DNA of 64,000 nucleotides, taken from positions 288,001 through 352,000 of the forward strand of contig CAXXMV010000006.1 of the NCBI GenBank assembly GCA_963662285.2. Direction: 5' to 3'. Numbering within the stretch: the stretch's first letter is position 1; every line of letters starts with the position of its first letter. Origin of the DNA: a bacterium (lineage in GTDB: Bacteria; Hinthialibacterota; Hinthialibacteria; Hinthialibacterales; Hinthialibacteraceae). Below, in pieces: positions 18,501 through 28,595 of the stretch. Position numbers and translations under genes: made by a program. The notes below the pieces were generated by a model, which saw nothing but the letters and a program-made list of their open reading frames with translations, did not search any database and had not been told where the DNA came from.

Positions 18501-20718
18501 TCCAACCATGGAATTAGGTGTTGATATTGCTCAGCTTAATGTTGTCAATATGAGAAACGTGCCCCCAACACCAGCAAACTACGCTCAACGCAGTGGTAGG
18601 GCCGGTCGAAGTGGACAACCTGCTCTTGTTTATACCTATTGTTCTGGATTTAGCCCGCACGATCAGTATTATTTTCGAAATCCTGAGCGAATGGTATCAG
18701 GAGCTGTTACTGCACCACGTCTTGATTTATTGAATCGAGATCTACTAGAAGCTCACATCCATGGTATTTGGCTTTCTGAGGTCTCGCTGAACTTAGGTTC
18801 AACACTTGCAGATATTTTAATTGTTACGGAAGATGATCTCTCTCTTCCTTTAAAAGAACAAGTTCAAGAGAAACTAGCAGATGCCAGTTCAAAACTCAAA
18901 GCAATGCAACGAGCCAAACATCTTATAGATAGTATTGGTCCAGAACTCAATGAGACATCATGGTACAGAGATGATTGGTTGGACGATGTCTTTCGAAGGC
19001 TGCAACAACGATTTGATGATGCATGCAACCGTTGGCGTAGTTTGTACCGAGCAGCCGTACAACAGCGGCAATTGCAAAATCGAATCATCGGTGACCATTC
19101 ACGACAGCAGGCGGATCGTGATCGAGCAAAGAGACTTCGCGCACAAGCAGAATCTCAAATAAGTTTGTTAACAAATCCTCAAAACGCCCGAGAGGGAGAT
19201 TTCTATAGTTATCGCTATTTTGCCAGTGAAGGTTTCTTGCCAGGATATAACTTTCCTCGATTACCTCTATCTGCTTTTATTCCCGCTCGTCGTGGTAGGC
19301 GTGGTAGGGACGAATATTTATCACGACCTCGATTCTTAGCCATTGCAGAATTTGGACCACGTGCGATGGTATATCATGAAGGATCGCGGTATCGAATCAA
19401 CAAAGTCAACCTCGCATTTGATGAGGAAACCCAAGAATTAACACAATTCGCAATGAAGGTTTGCTCTTTATGTGGGTATGGGCATTTTGTTGCGAATGGA
19501 CCAGGACCAGATAATTGCGAGAGTTGCGGGAAAGCATTATTGCCAACGGATGAAATACGTGAGATGGTACGTTTGCAAAATGTTACAGCAAAACGGGCAG
19601 ATAGAATAACATCGGAGGAGGAGGAACGGCAACGAATTGGTTATGAAGTTGTAAGTACATTTGAGTTTTCAAAAATAAATGGAGAAGTTGATTTTCGTCG
19701 TGCTGAAGTAACAACAGGCGGGCAAAGGATCGCCACAATGCGTTATGGCGATGCAGCAACGATATGGCGAATCAATCTAGGTTGGCGAAAGAGGCGACAT
19801 CAATCAGAACATGGTTTTTTGCTTGATGTAGAACGAGGATATTGGGCAACAAATCGAGATGCAGATGATGCTGATCAAGAAGATCCAATGTCAGGACGTG
19901 TTAGAAGAGTGGTTCCCTATGTCCAGGATAGTCGTAATGCCATGACCTTTGAACTTGAGGGCAAACAAGACCTTAAAGTAATGGCGACTCTTCAGGCAGC
20001 ATTAAAACAGGGAATTCAACTACTCTACCAACTTGAGCCAAATGAACTTGCTGTAGATCCTCTCCCTAATACCGATAATCGTAATCAACTCTTTTTTTAT
20101 GAAGCATCAGAAGGTGGCGCTGGTGTTCTTCGTCTGATTGCAGAAGAACCTCAGGCTATTTCTAATATTGCGAAAGCGGCGCTTGCTATTTGTCATTTCA
20201 ATCCTGAGACTGGTGAAGACCTTGCTACGGATGCCTGCGCAGCTGCGTGTTATGACTGTCTGTTAGAATATGGTAATCAAATGGATCACCGTAACATTGA
20301 CAGACAGTTAGTCCTTCCACTTTTACAAGCACTAACCACTTCTACAACGGCAATTTCAGGTTCGCGACGTAGTCGAGTGGATCACCTGGATGAATTGATG
20401 CGCCTTTGTGACTCAGAATTAGAGAGAAAGTGGCTTAAGCGTGTTCATGAATCACAACTTAGACTTCCCACACACGCCCAATACCTTATTTCATCATGTT
20501 CTACTCGACCTGACTTTTTCTACGCGGATGCGAATGCGACTGTGTATATCGACGGTCCAATTCATGATGAGCCAGATGAAAAGATAAATGATGAACAAAT
20601 CACAGGGCGGCTTATTGATGCAGGATACTTAGTAATCCGGTTTCATCATGCCACTGATTGGAACAAGATATTTGATGACTATCGCGATATATTTGGCCAA
20701 AGAAAGGAAACCGTATGA
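15541..20718 (+). CDS. DEAD/DEAH helicase with DUF1998 (MrfA/Hrq1-like Zn) and C-terminal DUF559-like nuclease domain; DISARM DrmA/B-like
   Basis: TGTGSGKS, YPMNALANSQ, DELH, TSAT, TMELGVDI, QRSGRAGR, EGGAG, CAAACYDCL, RPDFFY...IDGPIH...GYLVIRF. Confidence 0.85.
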   Translation: MDVFELHKGLIADYAAYTKSFIRIADKRISDSVDQEIRGGLLWPEPLLQLNPSFEPGANIDDLIKEEILHEDCGKIFRIKKDENDFGIPLRLHRHQDTAIRIASRDEPYVLTTGTGSGKSLSYIIPAVDYILKTGSGKGIIAIVVYPMNALANSQREELDKFLSRGFDADSIPVTYARYTGQEGEQERERILQHPPDILLTNYVMLELILTRIEERKLVEHAGNVRFLVFDELHTYRGRQGADVAMLIRRCRESFQSKSMHCVGTSATMASTGSSLEQAQIVAEISSKIFGELVPVQNVIGETLRRTTQEFNFSDESIISSLRNTMLLQTIPTTQYEDFQNLPLASWIEETFGLCREQDTNKLVRQTPQPVRGEEGASSHLAELTGTETTLCEKAIQKYLDAGSHCRHPETDLPVFAFRLHQFISRGDTVWASLEPEDNRIITLKAQQYVPGDRNKILLPLVFCRHCGQPYYRVDRPARGQEGPIIPREEYAISVSDDLESGYLYISDDHPWTGEADDVLDRIPEEWIEIHRGERRIKRNQPVPEVMRIGTNGEEDAHGLVTAFVKAPFRFCLNPACRVTYNARQRSDVTKLATIGVDGRSTATTILALSTILKLRIDESLEPTARKLLSFTDNRQDASLQAGHFNDFVEVGLIRSALYRAMSKMGPKGLKYDELVQHVEQAINLPTYLYANDSELRGPALEETRRALRSVLSYYVYRDLQRGWRVTSPNLEQCGLLEFEYLGIDDLVNDQQYWQEKEAHPMLVAATSEQRKNIIRILLDHIRRSLVVKEDALNSNYQERICEQSRQRLCEPWVIEDSRDMVQSGVAWPRGRIDRERSEDICISSRSNFGLLLRKRGILPDLGDPLSLETIGEIIPDLFRCLKPWGLVEEVRSAPDKSDVPGYQLPASIMIWKPGDGTNPMVDPLRIIQQSEVETEGNKYFVEFYKTFADIGAGLEGREHTAQVQSDARLDREERFRKAELPILFCSPTMELGVDIAQLNVVNMRNVPPTPANYAQRSGRAGRSGQPALVYTYCSGFSPHDQYYFRNPERMVSGAVTAPRLDLLNRDLLEAHIHGIWLSEVSLNLGSTLADILIVTEDDLSLPLKEQVQEKLADASSKLKAMQRAKHLIDSIGPELNETSWYRDDWLDDVFRRLQQRFDDACNRWRSLYRAAVQQRQLQNRIIGDHSRQQADRDRAKRLRAQAESQISLLTNPQNAREGDFYSYRYFASEGFLPGYNFPRLPLSAFIPARRGRRGRDEYLSRPRFLAIAEFGPRAMVYHEGSRYRINKVNLAFDEETQELTQFAMKVCSLCGYGHFVANGPGPDNCESCGKALLPTDEIREMVRLQNVTAKRADRITSEEEERQRIGYEVVSTFEFSKINGEVDFRRAEVTTGGQRIATMRYGDAATIWRINLGWRKRRHQSEHGFLLDVERGYWATNRDADDADQEDPMSGRVRRVVPYVQDSRNAMTFELEGKQDLKVMATLQAALKQGIQLLYQLEPNELAVDPLPNTDNRNQLFFYEASEGGAGVLRLIAEEPQAISNIAKAALAICHFNPETGEDLATDACAAACYDCLLEYGNQMDHRNIDRQLVLPLLQALTTSTTAISGSRRSRVDHLDELMRLCDSELERKWLKRVHESQLRLPTHAQYLISSCSTRPDFFYADANATVYIDGPIHDEPDEKINDEQITGRLIDAGYLVIRFHHATDWNKIFDDYRDIFGQRKETV

Positions 20719-23552
20719 CAACGTTGTTTCAGCCAGGAGTGCTAGTTAAAGCCCGTGGCCGCGAATGGGTTGTATTACCGGATTCAAGTAACAATGTCCT
20801 CATGGTCAGACCCATAGGAGGTCTCGACGATGAAGTGATTGGGATTTGTACATCAATTGAAGATGTGCAGTCCGCATCGTTTACGCTACCGAATTGGGAT
20901 ATCCCAGGTGATTTTAATTCTTGCCGGTTGCTTAGAGATGCTGCAAGAATATCAACTCGTTCCGCCGCTGGGCCATTTCGTAGTTTTGGAAAAATTGCCG
21001 TCGAACCAAGACCCTATCAACTCGTTCCCTTGTTGATGGCTCTTCGGCTTGATCCTATTAGGCTTTTAATTGCCGACGATGTGGGAATTGGAAAAACAAT
21101 AGAGGCGTGCCTAATAGCAAAAGAACTTATCGAGCGGGGTGAAATTGTACGGATGGCGATTCTTTGCCCACCGCATTTAGCAGAACAATGGCAAAAAGAA
21201 CTGTCAGAAAAATTCCACATCGAAACAGAAACAGTCCTTAGCTCAACTGTACAACGACTTGAACGAGGACTCCGTCCAGGAGAATCACTTTTTCAACGAT
21301 ATCCTCACGTCATTATTTCAACTGATTTTATAAAATCCACACGACACAGGGATGATTTTCTACGAGAATGTCCAGAGCTGGTGATCGTTGACGAGGCCCA
21401 CACATGTACTCTTGCAGGACAGATCGGACGAGCTCGACAAGCAAGATTCGAACTAATAAGACAAATTGCATCTAATGAAGACCGACACTTGATTCTAGTA
21501 ACGGCAACTCCGCATAGTGGAAACGAGGATGCGTTTCGATCACTTCTTTCATTGGTCGATACAAAATTCGCCGATTTGCCTCGCGATATAGAATCTGAGA
21601 GCCGTTCAGCGCTTCGGATTGAATTAGCCAAACATTTAGTCCAACGACTTCGCGGGAACGTGATTGCGATGGACGAGGAATTGAATATAGAAACTTCTTT
21701 TCCAGAGCGTGAAGATGCGGAAGAGACTTACACGCTTTCACCAGAATATAAATCATTGTTTGCGAAAATATTAGATTTTGCAAGCGAATTAGTAAGCGAT
21801 GAATCGGGCAACAAGCGCAACCGTAGAGTCCGATGGTGGTCGGCATTAGCACTCCTTCGCGCTATGGCTTCAAGTCCGGCTGCTGCTGCCGCGACGCTTC
21901 GAAACCGATCTGTAACAGCCAAAACCGAAAACGATGAGGATATAGAAGAACTAGGGCGTCGAGCGGTGCTTGACCAGGAGGAACTTGAGATTACCGAAGT
22001 CTTCGACATGACTCCTGGCAGCAATCCGTCGGAGGAAGAAGAAAGCCAAGTAAGCCAACGTCTGAAACGGCTCGCTCGTGAAGCGGAAAAACTAGTTGGA
22101 GCCAAAGACGCCAAATTGCAAAAAGCGATCAAACTTGTAAAGAACCTTGTAAAAGACGGATACAGTCCAATCCTATTCTGCCGTTTTATCGATACGGCGG
22201 AATATGTCGCCGGTCAACTTCGTGAAGCATTAAACAAAGTTGAAATAATGGCTGTAACGGGCACTCTGCCGCCGAAGGAAAGAGAAGACCGGATTGCGAC
22301 ACTTTCAGAATTTGATAAACGTGTTTTGGTTTGTACGGATTGCTTGAGTGAAGGTATCAATCTTCAGATGGCATTTAACGCAGTAATCCATTACGATCTA
22401 TCTTGGAATCCTACGCGGCACGAGCAGCGAGAAGGCCGTGTGGATCGTTTTGGTCAGGCCAAAAAGACTGTTCGCGTTCTAACATATTTCGGTGTCAACA
22501 ACCAAATCGATGGAATCGTTCTGGATGTACTATTGCGCAAGCACAAGAAAATTAAGAGCGATCTAGGTATTTCTATTGCTGTTCCTGGTGGAAGCGAAGA
22601 TGTTATAAAAGCTTTATTTGAAGGCATGCAATTGCGCGGAGGACAAAAACAGAATTATGAACAGTTCCTTCCTGGTATGGAACCTATCAAAGAGGATTTG
22701 CATTCCCGCTGGGAAGATGCGAGGGAAAAAGAAGTACGTTCGCGTTCTCGGTTCGCTCAGCACGCCATAAAAACAGGTGAAGTAAAAGCGGAATTAGATT
22801 CAGTAAGTGAGGCCATTGGTACTGGCCCAACTATCCAACAGTTTTTCAGTAATGTCCTCCATCTAGCTGGAGTACCAGTAACAAAGAAGGCTAATGAAAT
22901 AGTTGAGGCTTCGATTTCAAACGAAACCAGTCGAGCCCTTCGACATGCGATTGCGCAGGAAAAGCCATTCATGGGGCGATTCAACCTTCCTGTTGAAGAC
23001 AATGTTCTATACCTCAGTCGTACTCATCCAATAATTGAGGGACTAGCAACCTACACGTTAGAAACTGCTTTGGATGATGTTCAAGCGGAAGGCGAAGCAA
23101 CCATTGCCCGGCGATGCGGCGTAACTAAAACAAAAGATGTATCAGAGAAAACATCTATTCTTGTTGTTCGCTTTCGATATCAGCTTCACGTACAACGCAG
23201 GGGAGAGTCCAACGATCCGCTATTAGCGGAGGAAGTTCGTACGCTTGCGTTTACCGGCTCATTTTCGGAACCGGTTTGGCTGCCTGAACACGAGACAAAA
23301 CGCCTTTTGGATATGAATCCAAGTGGAAATCTTCCCATCTCGCTGGTTAAGCAGCAACTTCAACACTTTATCGGTAATGTGGATTCTTTTCGTAATCAAA
23401 TTAACGAGATTGCGAAACAACGTTCTAAAATCCTGCAAGATTCCCACACTAAAGTCCGGCGTAGCGCAAAAATGGCGGGGCGCGTTCGTGTTGAAACCAT
23501 GCTGCCAGTGGATATTCTCGGTTGCTTTATTTTACTGCCAGACAGTAATTGA
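20715..23552 (+). CDS. SNF2-related helicase (DrmD-like)
   Basis: PRPYQ, ADDVGIGKT, DEAH, TATPH, SEGINLQ, WNPTRHEQREGRVDR; overlaps the upstream stop (ATGA). Confidence 0.85.
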   Translation: MTTLFQPGVLVKARGREWVVLPDSSNNVLMVRPIGGLDDEVIGICTSIEDVQSASFTLPNWDIPGDFNSCRLLRDAARISTRSAAGPFRSFGKIAVEPRPYQLVPLLMALRLDPIRLLIADDVGIGKTIEACLIAKELIERGEIVRMAILCPPHLAEQWQKELSEKFHIETETVLSSTVQRLERGLRPGESLFQRYPHVIISTDFIKSTRHRDDFLRECPELVIVDEAHTCTLAGQIGRARQARFELIRQIASNEDRHLILVTATPHSGNEDAFRSLLSLVDTKFADLPRDIESESRSALRIELAKHLVQRLRGNVIAMDEELNIETSFPEREDAEETYTLSPEYKSLFAKILDFASELVSDESGNKRNRRVRWWSALALLRAMASSPAAAAATLRNRSVTAKTENDEDIEELGRRAVLDQEELEITEVFDMTPGSNPSEEEESQVSQRLKRLAREAEKLVGAKDAKLQKAIKLVKNLVKDGYSPILFCRFIDTAEYVAGQLREALNKVEIMAVTGTLPPKEREDRIATLSEFDKRVLVCTDCLSEGINLQMAFNAVIHYDLSWNPTRHEQREGRVDRFGQAKKTVRVLTYFGVNNQIDGIVLDVLLRKHKKIKSDLGISIAVPGGSEDVIKALFEGMQLRGGQKQNYEQFLPGMEPIKEDLHSRWEDAREKEVRSRSRFAQHAIKTGEVKAELDSVSEAIGTGPTIQQFFSNVLHLAGVPVTKKANEIVEASISNETSRALRHAIAQEKPFMGRFNLPVEDNVLYLSRTHPIIEGLATYTLETALDDVQAEGEATIARRCGVTKTKDVSEKTSILVVRFRYQLHVQRRGESNDPLLAEEVRTLAFTGSFSEPVWLPEHETKRLLDMNPSGNLPISLVKQQLQHFIGNVDSFRNQINEIAKQRSKILQDSHTKVRRSAKMAGRVRVETMLPVDILGCFILLPDSN

Positions 23553-23570
23553 TTTCTGGAAGGATCGGCG

Positions 23571-26500
23571 ATGGCTAAAAGCATCAATCAATTTCAAACA
23601 ATTCGCTCAGAGGGCGCGGTGTTGCCTCCTGATATATTACAGAAGATCGCTTCCTTAAAAGCTGAGGGAGCCACGGCTGAAACCTATCATCTCCCCCCTG
23701 AAACCAAGATATCAGAAGCGATTAGTCAATCGTGGAACGCATTGCGCAGTCATTGGGGGCTTTTTCAGGAAATTCGATCTTCGATTTCAGATGACGATAC
23801 TGGAACCAAAGAAACCAATGAAAGATGGCTTTTACCTTTATTCAAGGAACTCGATTATGGCCGTTTGCTGACCGAAAAATCTCCTGTAATCGAGGAAAGA
23901 GTTTATCCCATCGAACGGTTTTACAACCATACTCCCATCCATTTAATTGGATGTAACTTGCCGCTTGACCGACGCACGAAAGGGGCGCGCGGCGCTGCCA
24001 CAGCCAGCCCTCATTCCATGGTTCAAGAGTTTTTAAACCGGAGCAACGAACATCTCTGGGCGTTTCTCAGCAACGGTCTTCAACTTCGCATCCTAAGAGA
24101 CAACGTCTCTCTTTCGCGCCAAGCCTACGTCGAGTTCGACCTGGAAGCCATGATGGAAGGCGAGGTTTATGCAGATTTTGCCCTCTTATGGCTGTTGTGT
24201 CATCAATCTCGCATCGAAGCGGAAAAAGCGGAAAATTGCTGGCTTGAAAAATGGAGTCATCTTGCACGGGAGCAAGGAACGCGTATTCTGAACAATCTGC
24301 GCAATGGCGTCGCCAGCGCAATCGAAGCGCTTGGCCAGGGTTTTATTGGTCACCCCAGAAACGACCGTCTTCGGCGGAAATTGCAGGAATCCGGCGAGTT
24401 ATCCAAAGAAGATTTTTATCGGCAATTGCTTCGCATTGTATACCGTTTGCTTTTTCTGTTTGTGGCGGAGGATCGTGAATTGCTCCATTCTCCCGATTCG
24501 CCTGAGGAAGCGTCTGATTTGTACGACAAGTATTACTCTATGCGCCGTTTACGGGATATGGCGTTGCGGATTCGCGGCTCCAAACATTCCGATCTTTGGC
24601 ATGGATTATCTCTTGTGTTTAACGCGCTAGGGCAAAAAGAAGGGTGTCCTGAATTAGGCCTTCCTGGACTCGGTTCATTTCTCTGGAATGAGAATAGCAC
24701 AAAAGACTTACTTGGCCCCTACCAGATTAATACAACCGAGAATAAGGATGAAGAAGTAGAACCTGTTTTTATTACAAATGACGATCTGTTACTTGCGATA
24801 AGAGCGATCGCTTATGTCGAACAAGACCGGGTTCTCCGAAGCGTGGACTATCGCAACTTGGGCAGCGAAGAACTTGGGAGTGTCTACGAATCGCTTTTAG
24901 AACTTCATCCCTCGATGCATGTTGAAGCAAAAGAATTCAAACTGACTACGGCGGCAGGCAATGAACGGAAAACTACTGGATCGTATTATACGCCGGACTC
25001 ACTTGTGCAATGCCTGCTCGATTCGGCATTAGACCCAGTAGTCGAGGAACGGTTGAAAGGGAAAAAAGGAGAAGAAGCAGAAGAAGCCTTACTTTCTCTT
25101 AAAGTCTGCGATCCCGCTTGCGGCAGTGGTCATTTTTTGATTGCGGCTGCTCACAGGCTTGCGCATCGTCTGGCGCGGGCGCGAACGGGAGAGATAGAGT
25201 CAAGCCCTGAAGATTACCAACACGCGCTTCGAGATGTGATTGGGCATTGTATTTATGGCGTGGATATTAATCCCATGGCGACCGAATTATGCAAAGTCAG
25301 CCTTTGGATGGAAGCGCTCGAACCAGGAAAACCCCTATCCTTTCTCGATCACCGTATTCATTGTGGTAATAGTCTGCTCGGAACAAGTCCACGATTGTTA
25401 TCTGAAGGAATACCGGACGATGCTTTCAAAGCAATTGAAGGCGATGATAAAGATATCTGTAAAACATATAAGCAGAGGAATAAAGAAGAAAAAGGCGAAA
25501 AGGGGAAAACAGGTGGACAAGAGTTCTTGTTTTCGGATGACGAATCCACATGGATAGATTTAGGAAATTTGGCCGCCAGTTATATGCAAATTGATACGAT
25601 CCAGGATGACGATATTGAGGGAATTCAAAAAAAACAAAAGCAATATGAGGATATGGTCAAATCAGACCAATATCTATTTGGCCGACTCCTAGCTGATGCA
25701 TGGTGCGCTGCGTTTGTTTGGGAGAAATCAAACGCTAAACGGGAAGCAGGATTTTATCCTATCACCCAAAGTGTCTTTGTAAATATTAAAAATAATCCTT
25801 ATTCATTATCTCCCGTTTACCAAAATGAAATAATAAAACTTGCTGATCAATACCAATTCTTTCATTGGCATTTAACTTACCCTGATGTATTCCATTTACC
25901 TGGAAAAAATCAATTACCTGAGAATGAACAAACTGGCTGGGATGGTGGATTTGATGTGATTCTAGGTAATCCACCATGGGAACGCATAAAGATGCAAGAG
26001 GATGAGTGGTTTGCATCAAGCCAACCCGACATCGCTAAGGCAAAAACAGCAGCCGCAAGACAAAGACTTATCGAGAATTTGGAATCAGAAGATCCATCCC
26101 TGTACAATCTATTCAAATTTCAAGAGCGACAAATCCAAGGGACAAACCATCTTATACGTTCTTCTGGACGCTATCCGCTGTGTGGTTGTGGTGAAATTAA
26201 CACTTACTCAATTTTTGCTGAGTTAAATACGTTTATTCTCGATAATCAAGGTATGCTAGGTTGTATTCTTCAAGCAGGCATTGCGACAGACAATACAACC
26301 CGATTCTTTTTTGAGAGTATTGTCAAGCGGAACCTACTTCATTCTCTTCTTTCTTTCGATAACATGGAAAGAATTTTCCCCGCTGTGAAGCCTTCTACGC
26401 GTTTTTGTCTCATCACTATTGGTGGCATCAATTGTCAGAATCTAAAATCCATTTCAATGGTCTTCTATGCACGAAGCATAGAAGAGGCATTTGACCCTAA

Positions 26501-27752
26501 ACGACGTTTTTTTCTTACTGCTGCTGATATATTTAACTTAAATCCCAACACACGTACGTGTCCTGTATTTCGTTCAAACCAAGATGCATCTCTAGTGGCT
26601 TCGATTTATAGACGCATTCCTGTTCTTGTCAACGAAGTTAGTAACACAAACGATTGGGGACTCAAAGTTAGGCGTATCTTCGACATGAATAAAAAAGTGA
26701 ACACTGACGCATGTACTTTATCAGAAGATTATCCACAACCTGACGATAACCTGTCTATGTATGAAGCAAAATTGGTAGATCAATTTAACCACCGAAAGCA
26801 ATACTACGAGCACAATAAAACAGTAAAATTCACCGTAAGTGAATTAGAAAATCCCTCGGAAGTTGTTAGACCAAGATATTGGATTCCGAAAGTATTTGTG
26901 GAATCACGTTTACCTTCGGAATGGCCATATAAGTGGTTGCTGACTTGGCAGGATGTGACTGATGTAAACACGATGGCTAGAACGGTGAGTTCCACTATAA
27001 TTCCTCGTGCTGGTTCTGATTTCACTTTAAGAGTTGGATTCCCTTATAACTACGGAATTCAAGGTGGATTATCTTTTGTTTCTGGCCTTAACTCATTCGT
27101 TTTCGATTATGTAAGTCGCCAAATGATTGGTGGGATTCATCTCTCAGACTATATTCTCAAACAACTTCCATTACCATCACCAAATTCTTACTCGGTATGT
27201 CCACACTGGCATACTAATATACCAGTTCTAAAGTGGATTCTTCTCCGTGTACTTGAACTGATATATACAGCATGGGATTTGGCACCGTTTTCCTCAGACT
27301 GCGGATACAAAGGGCCACCGTTTCGTTGGAATGAAGAGCGTAGATTTCTGCTTCAATGTGAATTGGATGCAGCCTACTTCTATATATATCTAGGCATTCC
27401 AAAAGAGTGGGATTCAAATAATCTTCAACTGATCGAAATGTTTCCATCTCCGCGCGAAGCAATCGATTACATTATGGATACCTTCCCTATCGTTAAACGC
27501 AAAGATATTGCCCGCACTGAAATTAAAAATGAGTCCGGAGAAATCATTCAAGAAGGACGTTATATTACCAAAGACACGATCCTAGAAATCTACGACGAGA
27601 TGCAAGCCGCCATTGATACTGGAAAGCCCTATCAAACTCGTTTAGATCCTCCCCCTGGTCCGCCAATTGATGATGAAGGAAATTTCATTCCTATGTCTCA
27701 ATGGGATAAAGATAACTGGCCATCACACATCCATCTTCCGAAAGAGCAATGA
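23571..27752 (+). CDS. Large N6-adenine DNA methyltransferase (Eco57I/type IIG-like, DrmMI-like)
   Basis: LGSVYESLL, GSYYTP, DPACGSGHFL (motif I), GNPPW (motif IV), C-terminal TRD region. Confidence 0.9.
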   Translation: MAKSINQFQTIRSEGAVLPPDILQKIASLKAEGATAETYHLPPETKISEAISQSWNALRSHWGLFQEIRSSISDDDTGTKETNERWLLPLFKELDYGRLLTEKSPVIEERVYPIERFYNHTPIHLIGCNLPLDRRTKGARGAATASPHSMVQEFLNRSNEHLWAFLSNGLQLRILRDNVSLSRQAYVEFDLEAMMEGEVYADFALLWLLCHQSRIEAEKAENCWLEKWSHLAREQGTRILNNLRNGVASAIEALGQGFIGHPRNDRLRRKLQESGELSKEDFYRQLLRIVYRLLFLFVAEDRELLHSPDSPEEASDLYDKYYSMRRLRDMALRIRGSKHSDLWHGLSLVFNALGQKEGCPELGLPGLGSFLWNENSTKDLLGPYQINTTENKDEEVEPVFITNDDLLLAIRAIAYVEQDRVLRSVDYRNLGSEELGSVYESLLELHPSMHVEAKEFKLTTAAGNERKTTGSYYTPDSLVQCLLDSALDPVVEERLKGKKGEEAEEALLSLKVCDPACGSGHFLIAAAHRLAHRLARARTGEIESSPEDYQHALRDVIGHCIYGVDINPMATELCKVSLWMEALEPGKPLSFLDHRIHCGNSLLGTSPRLLSEGIPDDAFKAIEGDDKDICKTYKQRNKEEKGEKGKTGGQEFLFSDDESTWIDLGNLAASYMQIDTIQDDDIEGIQKKQKQYEDMVKSDQYLFGRLLADAWCAAFVWEKSNAKREAGFYPITQSVFVNIKNNPYSLSPVYQNEIIKLADQYQFFHWHLTYPDVFHLPGKNQLPENEQTGWDGGFDVILGNPPWERIKMQEDEWFASSQPDIAKAKTAAARQRLIENLESEDPSLYNLFKFQERQIQGTNHLIRSSGRYPLCGCGEINTYSIFAELNTFILDNQGMLGCILQAGIATDNTTRFFFESIVKRNLLHSLLSFDNMERIFPAVKPSTRFCLITIGGINCQNLKSISMVFYARSIEEAFDPKRRFFLTAADIFNLNPNTRTCPVFRSNQDASLVASIYRRIPVLVNEVSNTNDWGLKVRRIFDMNKKVNTDACTLSEDYPQPDDNLSMYEAKLVDQFNHRKQYYEHNKTVKFTVSELENPSEVVRPRYWIPKVFVESRLPSEWPYKWLLTWQDVTDVNTMARTVSSTIIPRAGSDFTLRVGFPYNYGIQGGLSFVSGLNSFVFDYVSRQMIGGIHLSDYILKQLPLPSPNSYSVCPHWHTNIPVLKWILLRVLELIYTAWDLAPFSSDCGYKGPPFRWNEERRFLLQCELDAAYFYIYLGIPKEWDSNNLQLIEMFPSPREAIDYIMDTFPIVKRKDIARTEIKNESGEIIQEGRYITKDTILEIYDEMQAAIDTGKPYQTRLDPPPGPPIDDEGNFIPMSQWDKDNWPSHIHLPKEQ

Positions 27753-27767
27753 TCAAAGGAAATCAAA

Positions 27768-28595
27768 ATGCTGGAAAAAGATCAAATATATTCAACAAAT
27801 AATGTACTTGAAGAATGCCGACAACAATATCTAAATATGCACCCGAATTCAGATATTTTAGATGTGAAAGGTGAGCGCGGCCCGTTCGTTCATTTCTATG
27901 ATCCAAATGATGGATTAGTGGTTATCGGTAGCAAGTTCAATCCCAAAGATCAAGAGAATATTCCAGATAACATCGAATGCTCGTCACCCAACAATAGTCA
28001 CTATTTCGAATGTTTTCATCAACAAAATAGACCTATTCCATTTTTTCTGTATGAAGGAAAAAAGAGTTGGAAATATATTGGAATGTTTAAGCCTAATGGT
28101 GAAATTTCAAAAATTACTGAAAGAGAAATCTATTTGATCGAAGAAACACTGGAGGATGTACATGAATCGGATGAAGATAACGAAGTTGTTGTTTCGGATT
28201 TCGGTGCCGGTTTTGGTCACCCAACCAATAATAAGGAAGTAGAAGAAGCAGCTATTAATGTTGTGACAAATGAAATGGAAAGGAACGGCTGGACAGTTAT
28301 TTCTCGTGAATCAGATAGATGTGGTTACGACTTGGAGTGTTCAAAAGATGATGCTGTTAAACATATAGAAGTCAAAGGATGCAGTGGATCAAAACAATCA
28401 TTCTTCATAACCAGCGGTGAAGTCAAACGAGCAGAAACCGATCCCCTATTTGAATTAAGAGTTGTTACATCAGTATTGGCCAATCCGACTATTCATGAAT
28501 ATACGGGTGAGGAGTTTTTGAACCAATTCAATCTTAAACCAACACTATTTAATGCAAATCTAAAAATTGATAACAAAAACGGTTGTAAATCATGA
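27768..28595 (+). CDS. DUF3883 (NOV C-terminal) PD-(D/E)XK nuclease-domain protein
   Basis: VEEAAI...GW...GYDLEC...IEVKG...ITSGE. Confidence 0.75.
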   Translation: MLEKDQIYSTNNVLEECRQQYLNMHPNSDILDVKGERGPFVHFYDPNDGLVVIGSKFNPKDQENIPDNIECSSPNNSHYFECFHQQNRPIPFFLYEGKKSWKYIGMFKPNGEISKITEREIYLIEETLEDVHESDEDNEVVVSDFGAGFGHPTNNKEVEEAAINVVTNEMERNGWTVISRESDRCGYDLECSKDDAVKHIEVKGCSGSKQSFFITSGEVKRAETDPLFELRVVTSVLANPTIHEYTGEEFLNQFNLKPTLFNANLKIDNKNGCKS

